DNA of 64,000 nt. It comes from an uncultured Holophaga sp. (lineage in GTDB: Bacteria > Acidobacteriota > Holophagae > Holophagales > Holophagaceae). Shown here piece after piece: positions 22,037 to 34,490 of the stretch. The stretch covers positions 1,376,001-1,440,000 of the forward strand of contig OY761614.1 of the NCBI GenBank assembly GCA_963664825.1. The letters are read 5' to 3'. Numbering within the stretch: the stretch's first letter is position 1; each line of letters opens with the position of its first letter. Made by a program: the position numbers and the translations under genes. The notes beneath the pieces are model-generated. The model saw only the letters and a list, made by a program, of their open reading frames with translations, made no database searches and was not told the origin of the DNA.

Positions 22037-22738
22037 ATGCCCGATGACACTCTCCTGAAGTATTGCCAACAGCACAAGCTTCGGCTCTCCTGGATGCCCT
22101 GGCTCTATTTCGCCCTCAAGGACCGGCACCGCGCCTGGGCCGAGGCCTGGCAGGCGGAGATCCAGGCGCGGCTCCGGGAGCTGGAGACCGTGGAAATCGG
22201 CAGGGGCGGCTTCATCGCCCCTGAGGCGAGGATCTTCGGGGAACCCGGCCGGGGCATTTCCATCGGGGACCGCTGCGCCATCGCAGCCGACGTCTTCTTG
22301 CATGGACCCATCACCCTGGGCAACGAGGTCTCCATCAATGCGAGGGCCAGCCTGGATGGCGGCGCCAAGGGCATCCGCATCGGCGATGGCACGCGCATCG
22401 CCTCGGGCGTGGCCATCTATGGCTTCGATCATGGCCTGGCGCCCGATCGAAGCATCCGGGAACAGCCCGTCACCTCCCAAGGCATCCGCATCGGCGCCGA
22501 TGTGTGGATCGGCGCCCTGGCAGGCATCACGGATGGTGCAAGCATCGGGGATCACGCCGTGGTGGCCATGGGCGCCGTCGTCACCCGCGAGGTCCCGCCC
22601 TGGGCCATCGTGGCCGGCGTCCCCGCCAGGGTGATCGGCGACCGCCGGGATCAGCCTCTGGCGGGAGGGGCCGACCCCACACGGGAAGCGTGCCCCGACC
22701 TCACTTCCATCCTTCCATCAGGTAGAGATCCGAGGTGA
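22037..22738 (+). CDS. Left-handed beta-helix (hexapeptide repeat) acyltransferase
   Basis: Hexapeptide repeats, IGADVWIG, GAVVT, AGVPARVI; GGAGG SD. Confidence 0.88.
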   Translation: MPDDTLLKYCQQHKLRLSWMPWLYFALKDRHRAWAEAWQAEIQARLRELETVEIGRGGFIAPEARIFGEPGRGISIGDRCAIAADVFLHGPITLGNEVSINARASLDGGAKGIRIGDGTRIASGVAIYGFDHGLAPDRSIREQPVTSQGIRIGADVWIGALAGITDGASIGDHAVVAMGAVVTREVPPWAIVAGVPARVIGDRRDQPLAGGADPTREACPDLTSILPSGRDPR

Positions 22739-25280
22739 GCCTGCGCATGAAGGAATAGGCGTAGGAACTACCGTCCGGGGCCACGCAGAGGCTATCGAGT
22801 CGGCTCACGCCGACGGTGTCGGCGGGTCGCAGTTCCTTCCAAAGCCTGCGCCGCCCCGTGGCCAGATCCAGACGCCAGATCTTCGCGGGCAGCCCCAGCA
22901 GGGAGCCCAGGAAGAGCTCCCTCCCATCCGAACTCCACTGCAGGAGGATCTCCTCCTCGGAGATGCCGGAGACCTCCCGGATCCACTCACCCTTCGAGGT
23001 GTAGAGCTGCACCTTCCCATCCACGGGGCCGAGAGCCACCCGAGCACCATCCGGGGCCACCAGGCAGCAGGCCTCGGAACGCCCCGGCGAGGCCAGCCAG
23101 GGTTTCATCTCCCCGGTCTGGAGATCCTGCTGGTAGTAGCGAAAGACCTTATCGGCCCCGACCCCGCCCAGCAGGAGTCTCCCGGGCCCCAGGAACACGG
23201 CCCAATCAGACTTCACGCCATGGCTCGGAAGCCGACGGGCCTCGCCAGGGCCCGTCGGCAGCAGGGCCAGTTCGGTCCCATGGTTGGCGAGATTGCGCAC
23301 CACGGCCCATTTCCCGTCCGCCGAGAGCACCAGCGGATCGCCATCCCCCAGCCGCACGGCTTCAGATCCGTCCGGCCGCCGAAAATAGGCGCCCCCGGGT
23401 CCGGCCCCTTCCCGGTTCTCGGCAAAGAGGATCCCCTTCCCATCCAGGGCCAGATCGGCCACCTTCGAGGACTGGAGCCAGGAGAGTTCCCGTTCCTTCC
23501 CGGCATGACCGAAGAAGAGATGGCGGCGCGCCATGCTGTGGCTCAGCAGCACCTTCCCCGTGTGCGACACATCCTGGATGAAGAGCCGACCCAACACCGA
23601 ATAGAGCAGGTGCTGGCGCCCGGAAAGCGTGACGGTACGAAGTTCCTGACGGTCCTCCGACAACCGGACGGTATAGATCAGCTCCCGTCCGTCCGGGGAC
23701 CAGGCCAGGGATTGGATCTCGCCCCGAACCAGGACCTGCCGCTGGCCCTTCCCATCCACCACCGAAAGGCACTGGTTCCCGGCGGAGATGATCTCCGCGA
23801 AGGCGACTCGGCCCCCCTTCGGAGACACCTTGGGGAAGTCGATGGCATGGGCCGCGGGCGCCTCGAAGAGAACATGGCCGATGGGGTATTCCAAGCGCTG
23901 GCGCCCGTTTTCACCCACACGGACCACAGCCAGTTGCTGTCCATCGGGGCTCCAGTCCGCAGAGCGGACCCTCTCCAAGATCTCTCGCGGCGCTCCTCCC
24001 CCCAGGGGTGCCCTCGCCAGGGTGCCCGAAGGGACCAAGATGCCTGCGCCAGCCGGATCGCCGGCCACCCGAAGCAGGAGCGCCATCTCACCGGTGGAAG
24101 CGATGGAGAGGATCTCGGTGTCGGAGGGGAGTTCCAGGGAACGCGCCCCCAGGCCTTCCACGCGCCCCAGCCAGAGATGGCTGGGGTCCTCGGCCCCGCT
24201 CAGGCTGTATACGAAACTGCGGCCATCTGGCGCGAGCCGGGCGCTTTGGATCTCGCCGGTGCGATAGGTGAGGCGATGCAGGATGGGGGGCTCGCGCTGG
24301 GCCCATGCCCGCCCCAACCAAAGCGCCGTTCCGCCGAGGACCAAGGCCCCCGCGAGGAGAAGGGGACGGAAGCGCCGCAACTTCCGGAAAGAAGGCCAGG
24401 CCATGCGGGAAATCGAGGTCGAGCCCAGCAGGATATTCTCGAGGTCGAAGGCCAGGTCCTGGGCGCTCTGATACCGGGCCCTCGGATCCTTTTCCAGGCA
24501 GCGCAGAAGCGTCCTCTGGATCACGGGAGGCAGGCGCAGCACGGAGGGTTCTTCCGGTGGATCCTCTTTGAGGATGGCGTGCATGATCTCCACGGCCGAA
24601 TCCCCACGGAAGGGCCGCTTCCCGGCGATCATCTCCCACAGGATCACGCCGAAGGCGAAGATATCGGAGCGGGGATCCGCGGGGCGCCCATTCACCTGCT
24701 CCGGGGACATGTAGCCGACGGTGCCGACCATCACGCCCACCTTCGTCTCCATGGGCGGCGCCGATTCGGCCCGGGTCACGTCGCTATCCCCGGCCAGGGG
24801 ACTCTGCAGTTTGGCCAAGCCGAAGTCCAGGATCTTCGTGCGCTCATCCCGGGTGATGAAGATGTTCTCCGGCTTCAGATCGCGATGGGTGAGGCCCTTC
24901 TCGTGGGCGGCCGCCAGACCCTGGGCTACCTGCTGGCTCAGTTCCAGGATCTTTCGCAGGGGGAGGGATCTCTCCTCCATGCGCTCCCGCAGCGTCTGGC
25001 CTTCGAGTAGTTCCATGACCAGGAAGGGCATCCCCTCGTGGAGCCCCGTATCGTAGATCTGGAGGATGCCGGAGTGATTGAGCAGAGCCACGGCCTTGGC
25101 TTCCTGCTCGAAGCGCCGCAGCCGATCGGGATCGGCCGCGAAGGAAGGCAGCAGCATCTTCACGGCCACTTCGCGCCCCAGGCGCAGATCCTTGGCGCGG
25201 TAGACCTCCCCCATGCCGCCGCTGCCGAGGAGGCCGACGATTTCGTACGGACCGAGTCTGCTTTCTGCTTCGAGGGTCAT
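22701..25280 (-). CDS. Hanks-type Ser/Thr kinase with TM segment and TolB/WD40-like beta-propeller
   Basis: LGSGGMGEVY, VAVK, HRDLKPEN, DFG, YMSPEQ; repeated WSPDG motifs; start MTLEAESRLG. Confidence 0.92.
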   Translation of the reverse strand: MTLEAESRLGPYEIVGLLGSGGMGEVYRAKDLRLGREVAVKMLLPSFAADPDRLRRFEQEAKAVALLNHSGILQIYDTGLHEGMPFLVMELLEGQTLRERMEERSLPLRKILELSQQVAQGLAAAHEKGLTHRDLKPENIFITRDERTKILDFGLAKLQSPLAGDSDVTRAESAPPMETKVGVMVGTVGYMSPEQVNGRPADPRSDIFAFGVILWEMIAGKRPFRGDSAVEIMHAILKEDPPEEPSVLRLPPVIQRTLLRCLEKDPRARYQSAQDLAFDLENILLGSTSISRMAWPSFRKLRRFRPLLLAGALVLGGTALWLGRAWAQREPPILHRLTYRTGEIQSARLAPDGRSFVYSLSGAEDPSHLWLGRVEGLGARSLELPSDTEILSIASTGEMALLLRVAGDPAGAGILVPSGTLARAPLGGGAPREILERVRSADWSPDGQQLAVVRVGENGRQRLEYPIGHVLFEAPAAHAIDFPKVSPKGGRVAFAEIISAGNQCLSVVDGKGQRQVLVRGEIQSLAWSPDGRELIYTVRLSEDRQELRTVTLSGRQHLLYSVLGRLFIQDVSHTGKVLLSHSMARRHLFFGHAGKERELSWLQSSKVADLALDGKGILFAENREGAGPGGAYFRRPDGSEAVRLGDGDPLVLSADGKWAVVRNLANHGTELALLPTGPGEARRLPSHGVKSDWAVFLGPGRLLLGGVGADKVFRYYQQDLQTGEMKPWLASPGRSEACCLVAPDGARVALGPVDGKVQLYTSKGEWIREVSGISEEEILLQWSSDGRELFLGSLLGLPAKIWRLDLATGRRRLWKELRPADTVGVSRLDSLCVAPDGSSYAYSFMRRLTSDLYLMEGWK

Positions 25281-25288
25281 TTGGAACA

Positions 25289-26005
25289 CTACCAGGAGGT
25301 CTTGGACACGCTGATGGAATCGTACCTTGCCGGAGGCGTGGAGGGGAGGCTTTGCTGTTCCACACTCCCCACCCCCAGCCCCTTCAGGGCCTCCTTCAAG
25401 GCCTCCACCCGCGCCTGGGTGATGGCCGCGGGGATCTCCGGCAGGGCCGGGATGAGAAGAATCCAGCGCCCATCCAGACCCCAGGCGCTCACCCATGCTC
25501 GGAGCTTGATCCGCGCCGCGCTGGAGAGTTCCGCATTGCCCTTGAGGAAGTAGATGGGCTCCCGATGACCTCCATCTGTCAGAGGGCTGGAGGGTATGGC
25601 GAGCTTGGGCTGGCGGGGCGCCATGGCCTCCGAGGGAATCGCCAACACGGCCCATGGATCGGGAATGGCGGGAAGGGGCAGGGCCTTCTCGTGGCGCACC
25701 GCCAGATCACCTTTCAGGGGGTAGGTCTCCCCGGGGATGGCCAGCTGGGCCAAGGCATAACCATCCTTGAGGACCGTGATCTGCAAGCGGCCCAGATTCC
25801 GCCTCTCGCCCTCCCGGCGGAGCGTCAGGAGTTCCCCCGGGGCTAGGGACGGGCAGCCCTCGCCTTCCAGGCGATAGAGCCGTTCACCTTCTTCGAAGGG
25901 CGGCATCCCGCTGCGCACCACACCCACCACCCGCAGGGGCTGGGCGGCGACGAGCATGGAGCCCAGCAAGCATCCCAAGAGCATCGGCTTCATATCCTCA
26001 CTCAT
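25289..26005 (-). CDS. Secreted hypothetical protein with a degenerate OmpA-like C-terminal domain
   Basis: Signal-peptide-like N-terminus, Pro-rich linker, IYFLKGNAELSSAAR...ARVEALKEALKGLGV. Confidence 0.55.
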   Translation of the reverse strand: MSEDMKPMLLGCLLGSMLVAAQPLRVVGVVRSGMPPFEEGERLYRLEGEGCPSLAPGELLTLRREGERRNLGRLQITVLKDGYALAQLAIPGETYPLKGDLAVRHEKALPLPAIPDPWAVLAIPSEAMAPRQPKLAIPSSPLTDGGHREPIYFLKGNAELSSAARIKLRAWVSAWGLDGRWILLIPALPEIPAAITQARVEALKEALKGLGVGSVEQQSLPSTPPARYDSISVSKTSW

Positions 26006-26019
26006 CGGGTCCGCACCTC

Positions 26020-27291
26020 CTAGGTCTGAGGAACGACACCCATCTCCCGCAGCAGATCCCCCAGGAGAAAGAGGGAGCCCGTCACCAGGCGCAGGCCCTC
26101 ACGGGGTTCCTTCAGACGGGCCGCGAGTTCGGCAATATCGAGAAGGGGCAAGGTTTCCCCCCAGGCCGCGCAGAGGGCTGCATGCGTGGCGTAGCGCTCG
26201 TTTTCCCCCTTCACCAGCGTAATGGAGCGGGGTTCCATGAGGCGCAACTCGCTGACCATGTGGGCCAGATCCTTATCGCCCATGGCGCCGAAGATGAGGT
26301 GGGGCCGAACCCCACAGGCCCTCGCGTGACGGGCCACCATGCGGGCGCCATCGGGATTATGGCCCCCATCGATCCAGACATCGCTGCATCCGGGAATGGG
26401 CCACAGGCGGCCCGGCCACCGGGTTCGCGCCAATCCTTCCCAGGCCTGGGATTCGGGGATGGGAAAGCCCAGGCAGCGCAATTGCCGGAGGGCCTCCAAC
26501 GCGGTGGCGAGGTTCTCCAGCTGATGAGCGCCGGGAAGCCCGATGGGCCTGCCCTGCACGACGCTGTGATCCCAAAGCAGCTCGTCGGCCACCAGGGCCG
26601 GAGACGGGCAGAGCCTGGGACGACACTCCAGGAGTGGTTCGATCCAGGCGGGCTCCAGCGTCGGCCCCAGCACGAGGGGCCGTCCCTCCCGGGCCGTGCA
26701 GAGCTTTTCCCGGGCGATGGCCTCCCGGGTCTCTCCCAGGAACTTCGTATGATCCAAGGCGACATTGGTGAGGACCGTCAGCAGCGGATCCACCGTATTG
26801 GTGGCATCCCAGCGCCCTCCCATGCCCACCTCGATGATGCCCACCTCCACGCCCGTCATCCGGAAGGCCAGCAGGGCCGAGGTGATCATCAGCTCGAAAA
26901 AGGTGGCCTGGATCCCGGCCCGGACCTCGCAGTCGAAGGCCTCCCCCAGCAGCAGATCCAGGGCCGAGGCCCCGATGAAGTGGCCGTCGATCCAGATCCG
27001 CTCCGTGGGCGCCACCAGGTGGGGCGAAGTCGTCCAGCCCACGGCCAGACCGCAGGCCCGCAGGGCCTGGGCCAGGAAGGCGCCCGTGGAGCCCTTGCCG
27101 TTGGTGCCGGCGATCAGGATGCAGGGGAAGCCCCGCTCCGGATGCCCCAGGCCCTCCAGGAGCCGCTGGGGATTGGAGAGTCCCAGCTTGATGCCCCAGT
27201 GGCCCCGGGCTTCCAGGCGCTGGATATTGGGATAGTTCCCCAGCCTCAGATCGCCCTGTGGAAAGGGATCCCCCGTCCCAGGCACGACCAT
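26020..27291 (-). CDS. folC: Folylpolyglutamate synthase/dihydrofolate synthase
   Basis: AGTNGKGS, TSPHL, EVGMGGRWDATN, DHTKFLG, WPGR, DGGHN, TGSLFL. Confidence 0.93.
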   Translation of the reverse strand: MVVPGTGDPFPQGDLRLGNYPNIQRLEARGHWGIKLGLSNPQRLLEGLGHPERGFPCILIAGTNGKGSTGAFLAQALRACGLAVGWTTSPHLVAPTERIWIDGHFIGASALDLLLGEAFDCEVRAGIQATFFELMITSALLAFRMTGVEVGIIEVGMGGRWDATNTVDPLLTVLTNVALDHTKFLGETREAIAREKLCTAREGRPLVLGPTLEPAWIEPLLECRPRLCPSPALVADELLWDHSVVQGRPIGLPGAHQLENLATALEALRQLRCLGFPIPESQAWEGLARTRWPGRLWPIPGCSDVWIDGGHNPDGARMVARHARACGVRPHLIFGAMGDKDLAHMVSELRLMEPRSITLVKGENERYATHAALCAAWGETLPLLDIAELAARLKEPREGLRLVTGSLFLLGDLLREMGVVPQT

Positions 27292-27292
27292 C

Positions 27293-28150
27293 TCAGGCCT
27301 TCTTCGGACCGTGCTTCAGGGATTCGAAGAGACGTTCCAGTTCCTCTTCGCTGCCGAAGTGAAGCAGGACGGACCCGCCCTTGCCCTTGGCCTTGATCTC
27401 CACGCGTGTGCCCCAGGCCTGGGTCAGTTCTTCGGCGGCCGCCTTCAGGAATACCCCGGGATGGGGGCGCTTGGCGCGGGTCTTCCGCTGCTTGGCGAGC
27501 TGGTGGACCTTGGATTCCAGGGCGCGCACCGAGAGTTGCTTGGCGACGATCTCCTGGGCCAGATTCTCCTGGACTCGGGCGTCGTCCACGCCCAGCAGCA
27601 CCTTGGCGTGGCCCGTGGAGACCGCACCCGTGGCCACCATCTCCTGAATGGCACTGGGCAGGCGCAACAGGCGCAGGGTATTGGCCACCTGGGGACGGCT
27701 CTTGCCGACCCGATCGGCCACCTGCTCCTGTGTGAGCCGCAGATGCTCGCCCAGCTGCCAGTAGGCCTTGGCCTCCTCGATGGCGTTGAGTTCCTGGCGC
27801 TGGATGTTCTCCACCAGCGCGAACTCCAGCAGGCGATCCTCCGGCACTTCCTTGAGCACCACCGGCACCATGGATAGCCCGGCCAGCTTGGCGGCGCGCC
27901 AGCGGCGCTCACCGGCGATGATCTCGAACTTGTCGCCCACCTTGCGCGCCACGATGGGTTGCACCATGCCATGGAGCTTGAGGCTGGCCGCGAGATCCTC
28001 CAGCGCCGAAGCATCGAAGTAGCTGCGGGGCTGATAGCGGTTGGCAACCAGGGTGCCCACGGGCACCTCCCGGGAACTGGCGTCCTCCGGCGCAATCTGG
28101 TTCATGAGGGAGGTCAGCCCCCGCCCCAGGGCAGGCCTTTTGGGAATCAT
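27293..28150 (-). CDS. parB: Chromosome partitioning protein ParB
   Basis: LGRGL, QPR, IAGERRWRA, ENIQR.EL..IEEA, HTH VGKSRPQVANTLRLL. Confidence 0.95.
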   Translation of the reverse strand: MIPKRPALGRGLTSLMNQIAPEDASSREVPVGTLVANRYQPRSYFDASALEDLAASLKLHGMVQPIVARKVGDKFEIIAGERRWRAAKLAGLSMVPVVLKEVPEDRLLEFALVENIQRQELNAIEEAKAYWQLGEHLRLTQEQVADRVGKSRPQVANTLRLLRLPSAIQEMVATGAVSTGHAKVLLGVDDARVQENLAQEIVAKQLSVRALESKVHQLAKQRKTRAKRPHPGVFLKAAAEELTQAWGTRVEIKAKGKGGSVLLHFGSEEELERLFESLKHGPKKA

Positions 28151-28932
28151 CGTGCCTCCTCCTGGAGATCGGGTTCCAGCTGGCCCAGCCATTCCCGCGC
28201 CAGGTTCAAGTAGGACTGGGCGCCCTTGGATTTCAGATCGTAGAAGGCGACGGGCTTGCCATGGCTGGGCGCCTCGGCCAGGCGGATATTCCGGGGGATG
28301 AAGGTCTGGAAGACCTTGCCCGGGAAGGCTTGGCGCACCTCGTGAGCCACGGCGGCGCCCAGGTTGGTGCGTTCCTCCGCCATGGTGAGCAGGATGCCGC
28401 CCATCCGCAGGCGCGGATTGGGGCCCGCCTGCACCCGGCGGATGGTCTCGATGAGCTCGGCGAGTCCATCGAGCGCAAAGAATTCGCAGGGCATCGGCAC
28501 GATAACTTCGTCGGCGGCCGTGAGCGCATTGAGGGTGATCATGCCCAGGGAGGGCGGCGGATCGATGAGGATGAAGTCGTAGTCGTCCCGCACGGCGTCC
28601 AGGGCCTTACTGAGCACCTGCAGCTCGGGCAATTCAAAGAGCTCGAATTCCAGCTGGGCGAGATCCTTGCCCGCGGGGATCACCTGGAGCATGGGCACTT
28701 CGGTGCTGAGGATCAGCGCCTTGGCTGGAGCGCCCTTCATTAGCGCAAAGGCCCCCGCCCGCTGGTCCGGCTTGGGGAAACCCAGGCCCGTGGTGCTGTG
28801 GCCCTGGGGATCGAAATCGATGAGCAGCACCATCTTTTCCATCATCGCCAGGGACGCGGCCAGATTAATGGCCGTGGTGGTCTTGCCCACTCCGCCCTTC
28901 TGATTGGCCAGCACCACGACCCTCGCAGACAT
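28147..28932 (-). CDS. parA: Chromosome partitioning ATPase ParA/Soj
   Basis: NQKGGVGKTT, DPQG, DPPPSLG, IPRNIRLAEAPSHG; stop overlaps the parB start. Confidence 0.95.
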   Translation of the reverse strand: MSARVVVLANQKGGVGKTTTAINLAASLAMMEKMVLLIDFDPQGHSTTGLGFPKPDQRAGAFALMKGAPAKALILSTEVPMLQVIPAGKDLAQLEFELFELPELQVLSKALDAVRDDYDFILIDPPPSLGMITLNALTAADEVIVPMPCEFFALDGLAELIETIRRVQAGPNPRLRMGGILLTMAEERTNLGAAVAHEVRQAFPGKVFQTFIPRNIRLAEAPSHGKPVAFYDLKSKGAQSYLNLAREWLGQLEPDLQEEAR

Positions 28933-29060
28933 GCTAGGGCCTCGACTTCACAGCATTAGGGCTGGAGGAACGTGAATTCACCGGTCAACCTCGTGTGGAA
29001 CATTGGAAGTCTATCACGTTCCACGCGACCCGTCGCACAGCAGCTGGGGTAGAAGTTCCC

Positions 29061-29864
29061 TCAACGGGCCCCCCCAAACAATGCGACGTCAGGTTCGAAG
29101 AAACCGATGGAACGCACGGGTCCACCAAGCCAGAGCCCCGTCCAGCGTCCCTCTTCCATTCCCCCCACCGTGACGCGCACCGGGTCTTCGCCCGCAGGAA
29201 GGAAGCCCCAATCGCCAATGCCTGTGCGCTGGGCCAGCCAAGCCGCGGCCACCGCACAGCCCTGCCCACAACAGAGAGTCTCCCCTTCCACGCCCCGCTC
29301 CCAGGTGCGGATGCGGGCTCGCCCAGGCTCGAGGATCTGGAGGATGCTGATATTGGCACCCTCCGGCAGCGCGGCATGAAAACGCAGGGGGGGCGCAAAG
29401 GAGGCCAGATCCACGCGGTCCACCTCGGGCACCTCCACGATCAGATGGGGCGTGCCCGTCCATCCGAAGGCGTGGGGGAATTCCAGGGATAACGGAGAGG
29501 GTCGAAGGCCGTAGGCGCCCCCTTCGGGCAGACGCAGGCCCACGCCCGCCTCATCCAGGCGCAAGCTCACACGTTCGCCGCTCACCACGGCATCGAGCCC
29601 GCCGCGGAACCCGGTGGGCAGCATGCTGGCGGCGGCCCGAGTCCCGTTGGAGCAGAAGGTCCTTGTACCATCCGGTTCCCAGTGATCCATCCGCCAGGGT
29701 TCCCCCTGGGCAAAGCGATGCACCAGGAAGAGGCCGTCGAGGCCCAGCCCACGGCCACGGGGACAGAGGGCCCGGGCCCATGCGGGCCCATGGAAGGAGG
29801 GTGGCGCCTCCTCAAACCAGAGATAGGCAAACACATTGCCGGAAGCGGCCGCGATCTTGAGCAT
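29061..29864 (-). CDS. dapF: Diaminopimelate epimerase (divergent)
   Basis: Both catalytic Cys motifs present (FCSNG, ERGVEGETLCCGQG); GTPH, GAN. Confidence 0.8.
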   Translation of the reverse strand: MLKIAAASGNVFAYLWFEEAPPSFHGPAWARALCPRGRGLGLDGLFLVHRFAQGEPWRMDHWEPDGTRTFCSNGTRAAASMLPTGFRGGLDAVVSGERVSLRLDEAGVGLRLPEGGAYGLRPSPLSLEFPHAFGWTGTPHLIVEVPEVDRVDLASFAPPLRFHAALPEGANISILQILEPGRARIRTWERGVEGETLCCGQGCAVAAAWLAQRTGIGDWGFLPAGEDPVRVTVGGMEEGRWTGLWLGGPVRSIGFFEPDVALFGGAR

Positions 29865-29881
29865 TCGGGAATCCTGCTGGG

Positions 29882-30190
29882 TCAGTGGCGGTCGCCGCGG
29901 TCGCGGAAACTGTAGACGGTTTCCCCTGGCCGGGCGTAGCCCTGTCGGCGGGCGAGTGCCTCGAAGAGTTCCGGATCCTTGGCCGCGAGGCGGCGCACTT
30001 CATCGGCCAGCTCACGGTTGTGTCTGGCCTTCTGGAGCAGATCTTCCTTGAAGGCCCGAAGCTCCCCCTGCCGCTGGTGAAGAGCAGGGAGGCCATCCGG
30101 CGCAAACAAGAGGATGCCCGTAGAGACCAGTGCAGAAATGACCAGGGCACCCCAAAGAGTGCGCGAACGAAGAAGCCAGGCGGCGTTCAC
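29882..30190 (-). CDS. ftsB: Septum formation initiator FtsB/DivIC family
   Basis: TM helix, coiled coil, EALARRQGYARPGETVY; lies downstream of eno as is common. Confidence 0.85.
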   Translation of the reverse strand: MNAAWLLRSRTLWGALVISALVSTGILLFAPDGLPALHQRQGELRAFKEDLLQKARHNRELADEVRRLAAKDPELFEALARRQGYARPGETVYSFRDRGDRH

Positions 30191-30194
30191 GGCC

Positions 30195-33066
<2,872 letters not shown>

Positions 33067-33360
33067 TTACGCTCCCTCGGAGGCCCGTGATCGCGGGATC
33101 GATTGTTCTGTAGATCTCAAAAGATGATACGACGTCTGATGTTCAACTAAAGCAGCGTTCTCTTACAGGTCAACAAAATTTCGAGTTGCTCGAACAAAAT
33201 GTAATCCCCGGTTCCGCCTCGCTCAACCCTTTGCGTGTCGACCGAAGCGGAGGACACTACAGGGAGAACGCCCCGTGCATGTGCCGCACACTCCCGTTTC
33301 CACTCGATTTCGCACCATTCAACGCCCTTCGACAACCCCTCACCCCAAGGAGAAAACAGG

Positions 33361-33987
33361 ATGGACGCGATCGTTCTGGATCATCCCCTCGCACACCACA
33401 AGCTCACGTTGGCGAGAGACCGGAAGACCAACGGGAGTCTCTTCCGGCAGCTGATGGAGGAACTCGGACTCCTCCTCGCGGTGGAATGCACGCGCGATCT
33501 GCCCACGGTCATGATCGTCGTGGAAACACCCATGGAACGCACCCAGGGCCGCTGTTTGAACCCTCTCGATCCGGTGCTCGTACCCGTGCTCCGTGCGGGC
33601 CTTGGACTCCTTCCCGCCTTCCTCCAGCTCCTCCCGACAGCAAAGGTCGGCCATCTGGGTCTCTACCGGGATCACGATTCCCTGGTCCCTGTCCCCTACT
33701 ACCGCAACTTCCCCCCTCTCCTGGAAGAGCGCCCCGTCTTCGTGCTGGACCCCATGCTCGCCACGGGTGGCAGCGCCTCCGAGGCCGTAAGGCAACTGAA
33801 GGCGGCAGGTGCCCGAAGCATCACACTGGCCTCCGTCCTGGCAGCACCTGAGGGCATCACGCGCCTGCAGGAGGATCACCCCGATCTTCGGATGGTCATC
33901 GGCGCGGTCGATCGCCAGCTGAATGAACGGGGCTACATCCTCCCCGGGCTGGGCGACGCTGGGGACCGCATCTTCGGCACCGCCTGA
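33361..33987 (+). CDS. upp: Uracil phosphoribosyltransferase
   Basis: DHPL, PVLRAG, GHLGLYRD, LDPMLATGGS, YILPGLGDAGDRIFGT; AAGGAG upstream of ATG 33361. Confidence 0.96.
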   Translation: MDAIVLDHPLAHHKLTLARDRKTNGSLFRQLMEELGLLLAVECTRDLPTVMIVVETPMERTQGRCLNPLDPVLVPVLRAGLGLLPAFLQLLPTAKVGHLGLYRDHDSLVPVPYYRNFPPLLEERPVFVLDPMLATGGSASEAVRQLKAAGARSITLASVLAAPEGITRLQEDHPDLRMVIGAVDRQLNERGYILPGLGDAGDRIFGTA

Positions 33988-34007
33988 CATGGACTGAAGG
34001 GAAGGAC

Positions 34008-34035
34008 TAATCACCATCCAGTGGGTAGCCGATAG
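34008..34035 (+). promoter_or_regulatory. Sigma28 (FliA/SigD) promoter for fliS
   Basis: TAAT-N16-GCCGATAG versus consensus TAAA-N15-GCCGATAA. Confidence 0.7.
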
Positions 34036-34052
34036 GAATCCAGAGGGTAGGC

Positions 34053-34490
34053 ATGCAGACAGACGTCGAAGGGAAGGCCGCAAATCAATATCTGGCCCAA
34101 CGCATCCAGGGCGCGAGCCCGGAGCAGATTGTGGCCATGCTTCTGGAAGGGGGGCAGCGCTTCCTCAATCTAGCCCTCAAGGCCATGAAGGACCGCGATC
34201 TTCCGAACCAGGCCCGCTATGTGAACCGCGTCGCCGATATCCTCGTCGGCCTGAGTGAGCGGCTCAATCACGAAGAGGGTGGCGAACTGGTCGAGAACCT
34301 CGTCCGTATCTACGATTGGTGGACCAACGAACTCTTCGATGGCGCCATGAACAGCCAGCCGGATCGGCTCCAGAGGATTCTCAATCAGATGGGTGAGCTG
34401 CGAGGCACTTGGGAAGAACTGCATAGGCGTAAGACCCAAGGTGGACAGGTCTCGAATCCCACCAATTCCCTGGGCGAGCTGACGGTTTGA
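34053..34490 (+). CDS. fliS: Flagellin export chaperone FliS
   Basis: Y...I..ASPEQIVAMLLEG, LNHEEGGELVENL..IY, ELRGTW. Confidence 0.9.
   Translation: MQTDVEGKAANQYLAQRIQGASPEQIVAMLLEGGQRFLNLALKAMKDRDLPNQARYVNRVADILVGLSERLNHEEGGELVENLVRIYDWWTNELFDGAMNSQPDRLQRILNQMGELRGTWEELHRRKTQGGQVSNPTNSLGELTV

Noticed and set aside
21079..25010. Long alternative ORFs (21079-22047, 21119-22555, 23220-25010)
   Set aside because: They overlap marC, the acyltransferase and the kinase in shadow frames with no recognisable motifs; only the 21874-22047 tail is discussed as a finding
25281..25655. N-terminal extension of the propeller kinase; similar extensions on icd, upp, fliC, pdp and the DUF4388 gene
   Set aside because: Artefacts of longest-ORF calling; homology and SD positions indicate later starts
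29061..29864. dapF as another pseudoenzyme
   Set aside because: Divergent, but both catalytic cysteine motifs are present
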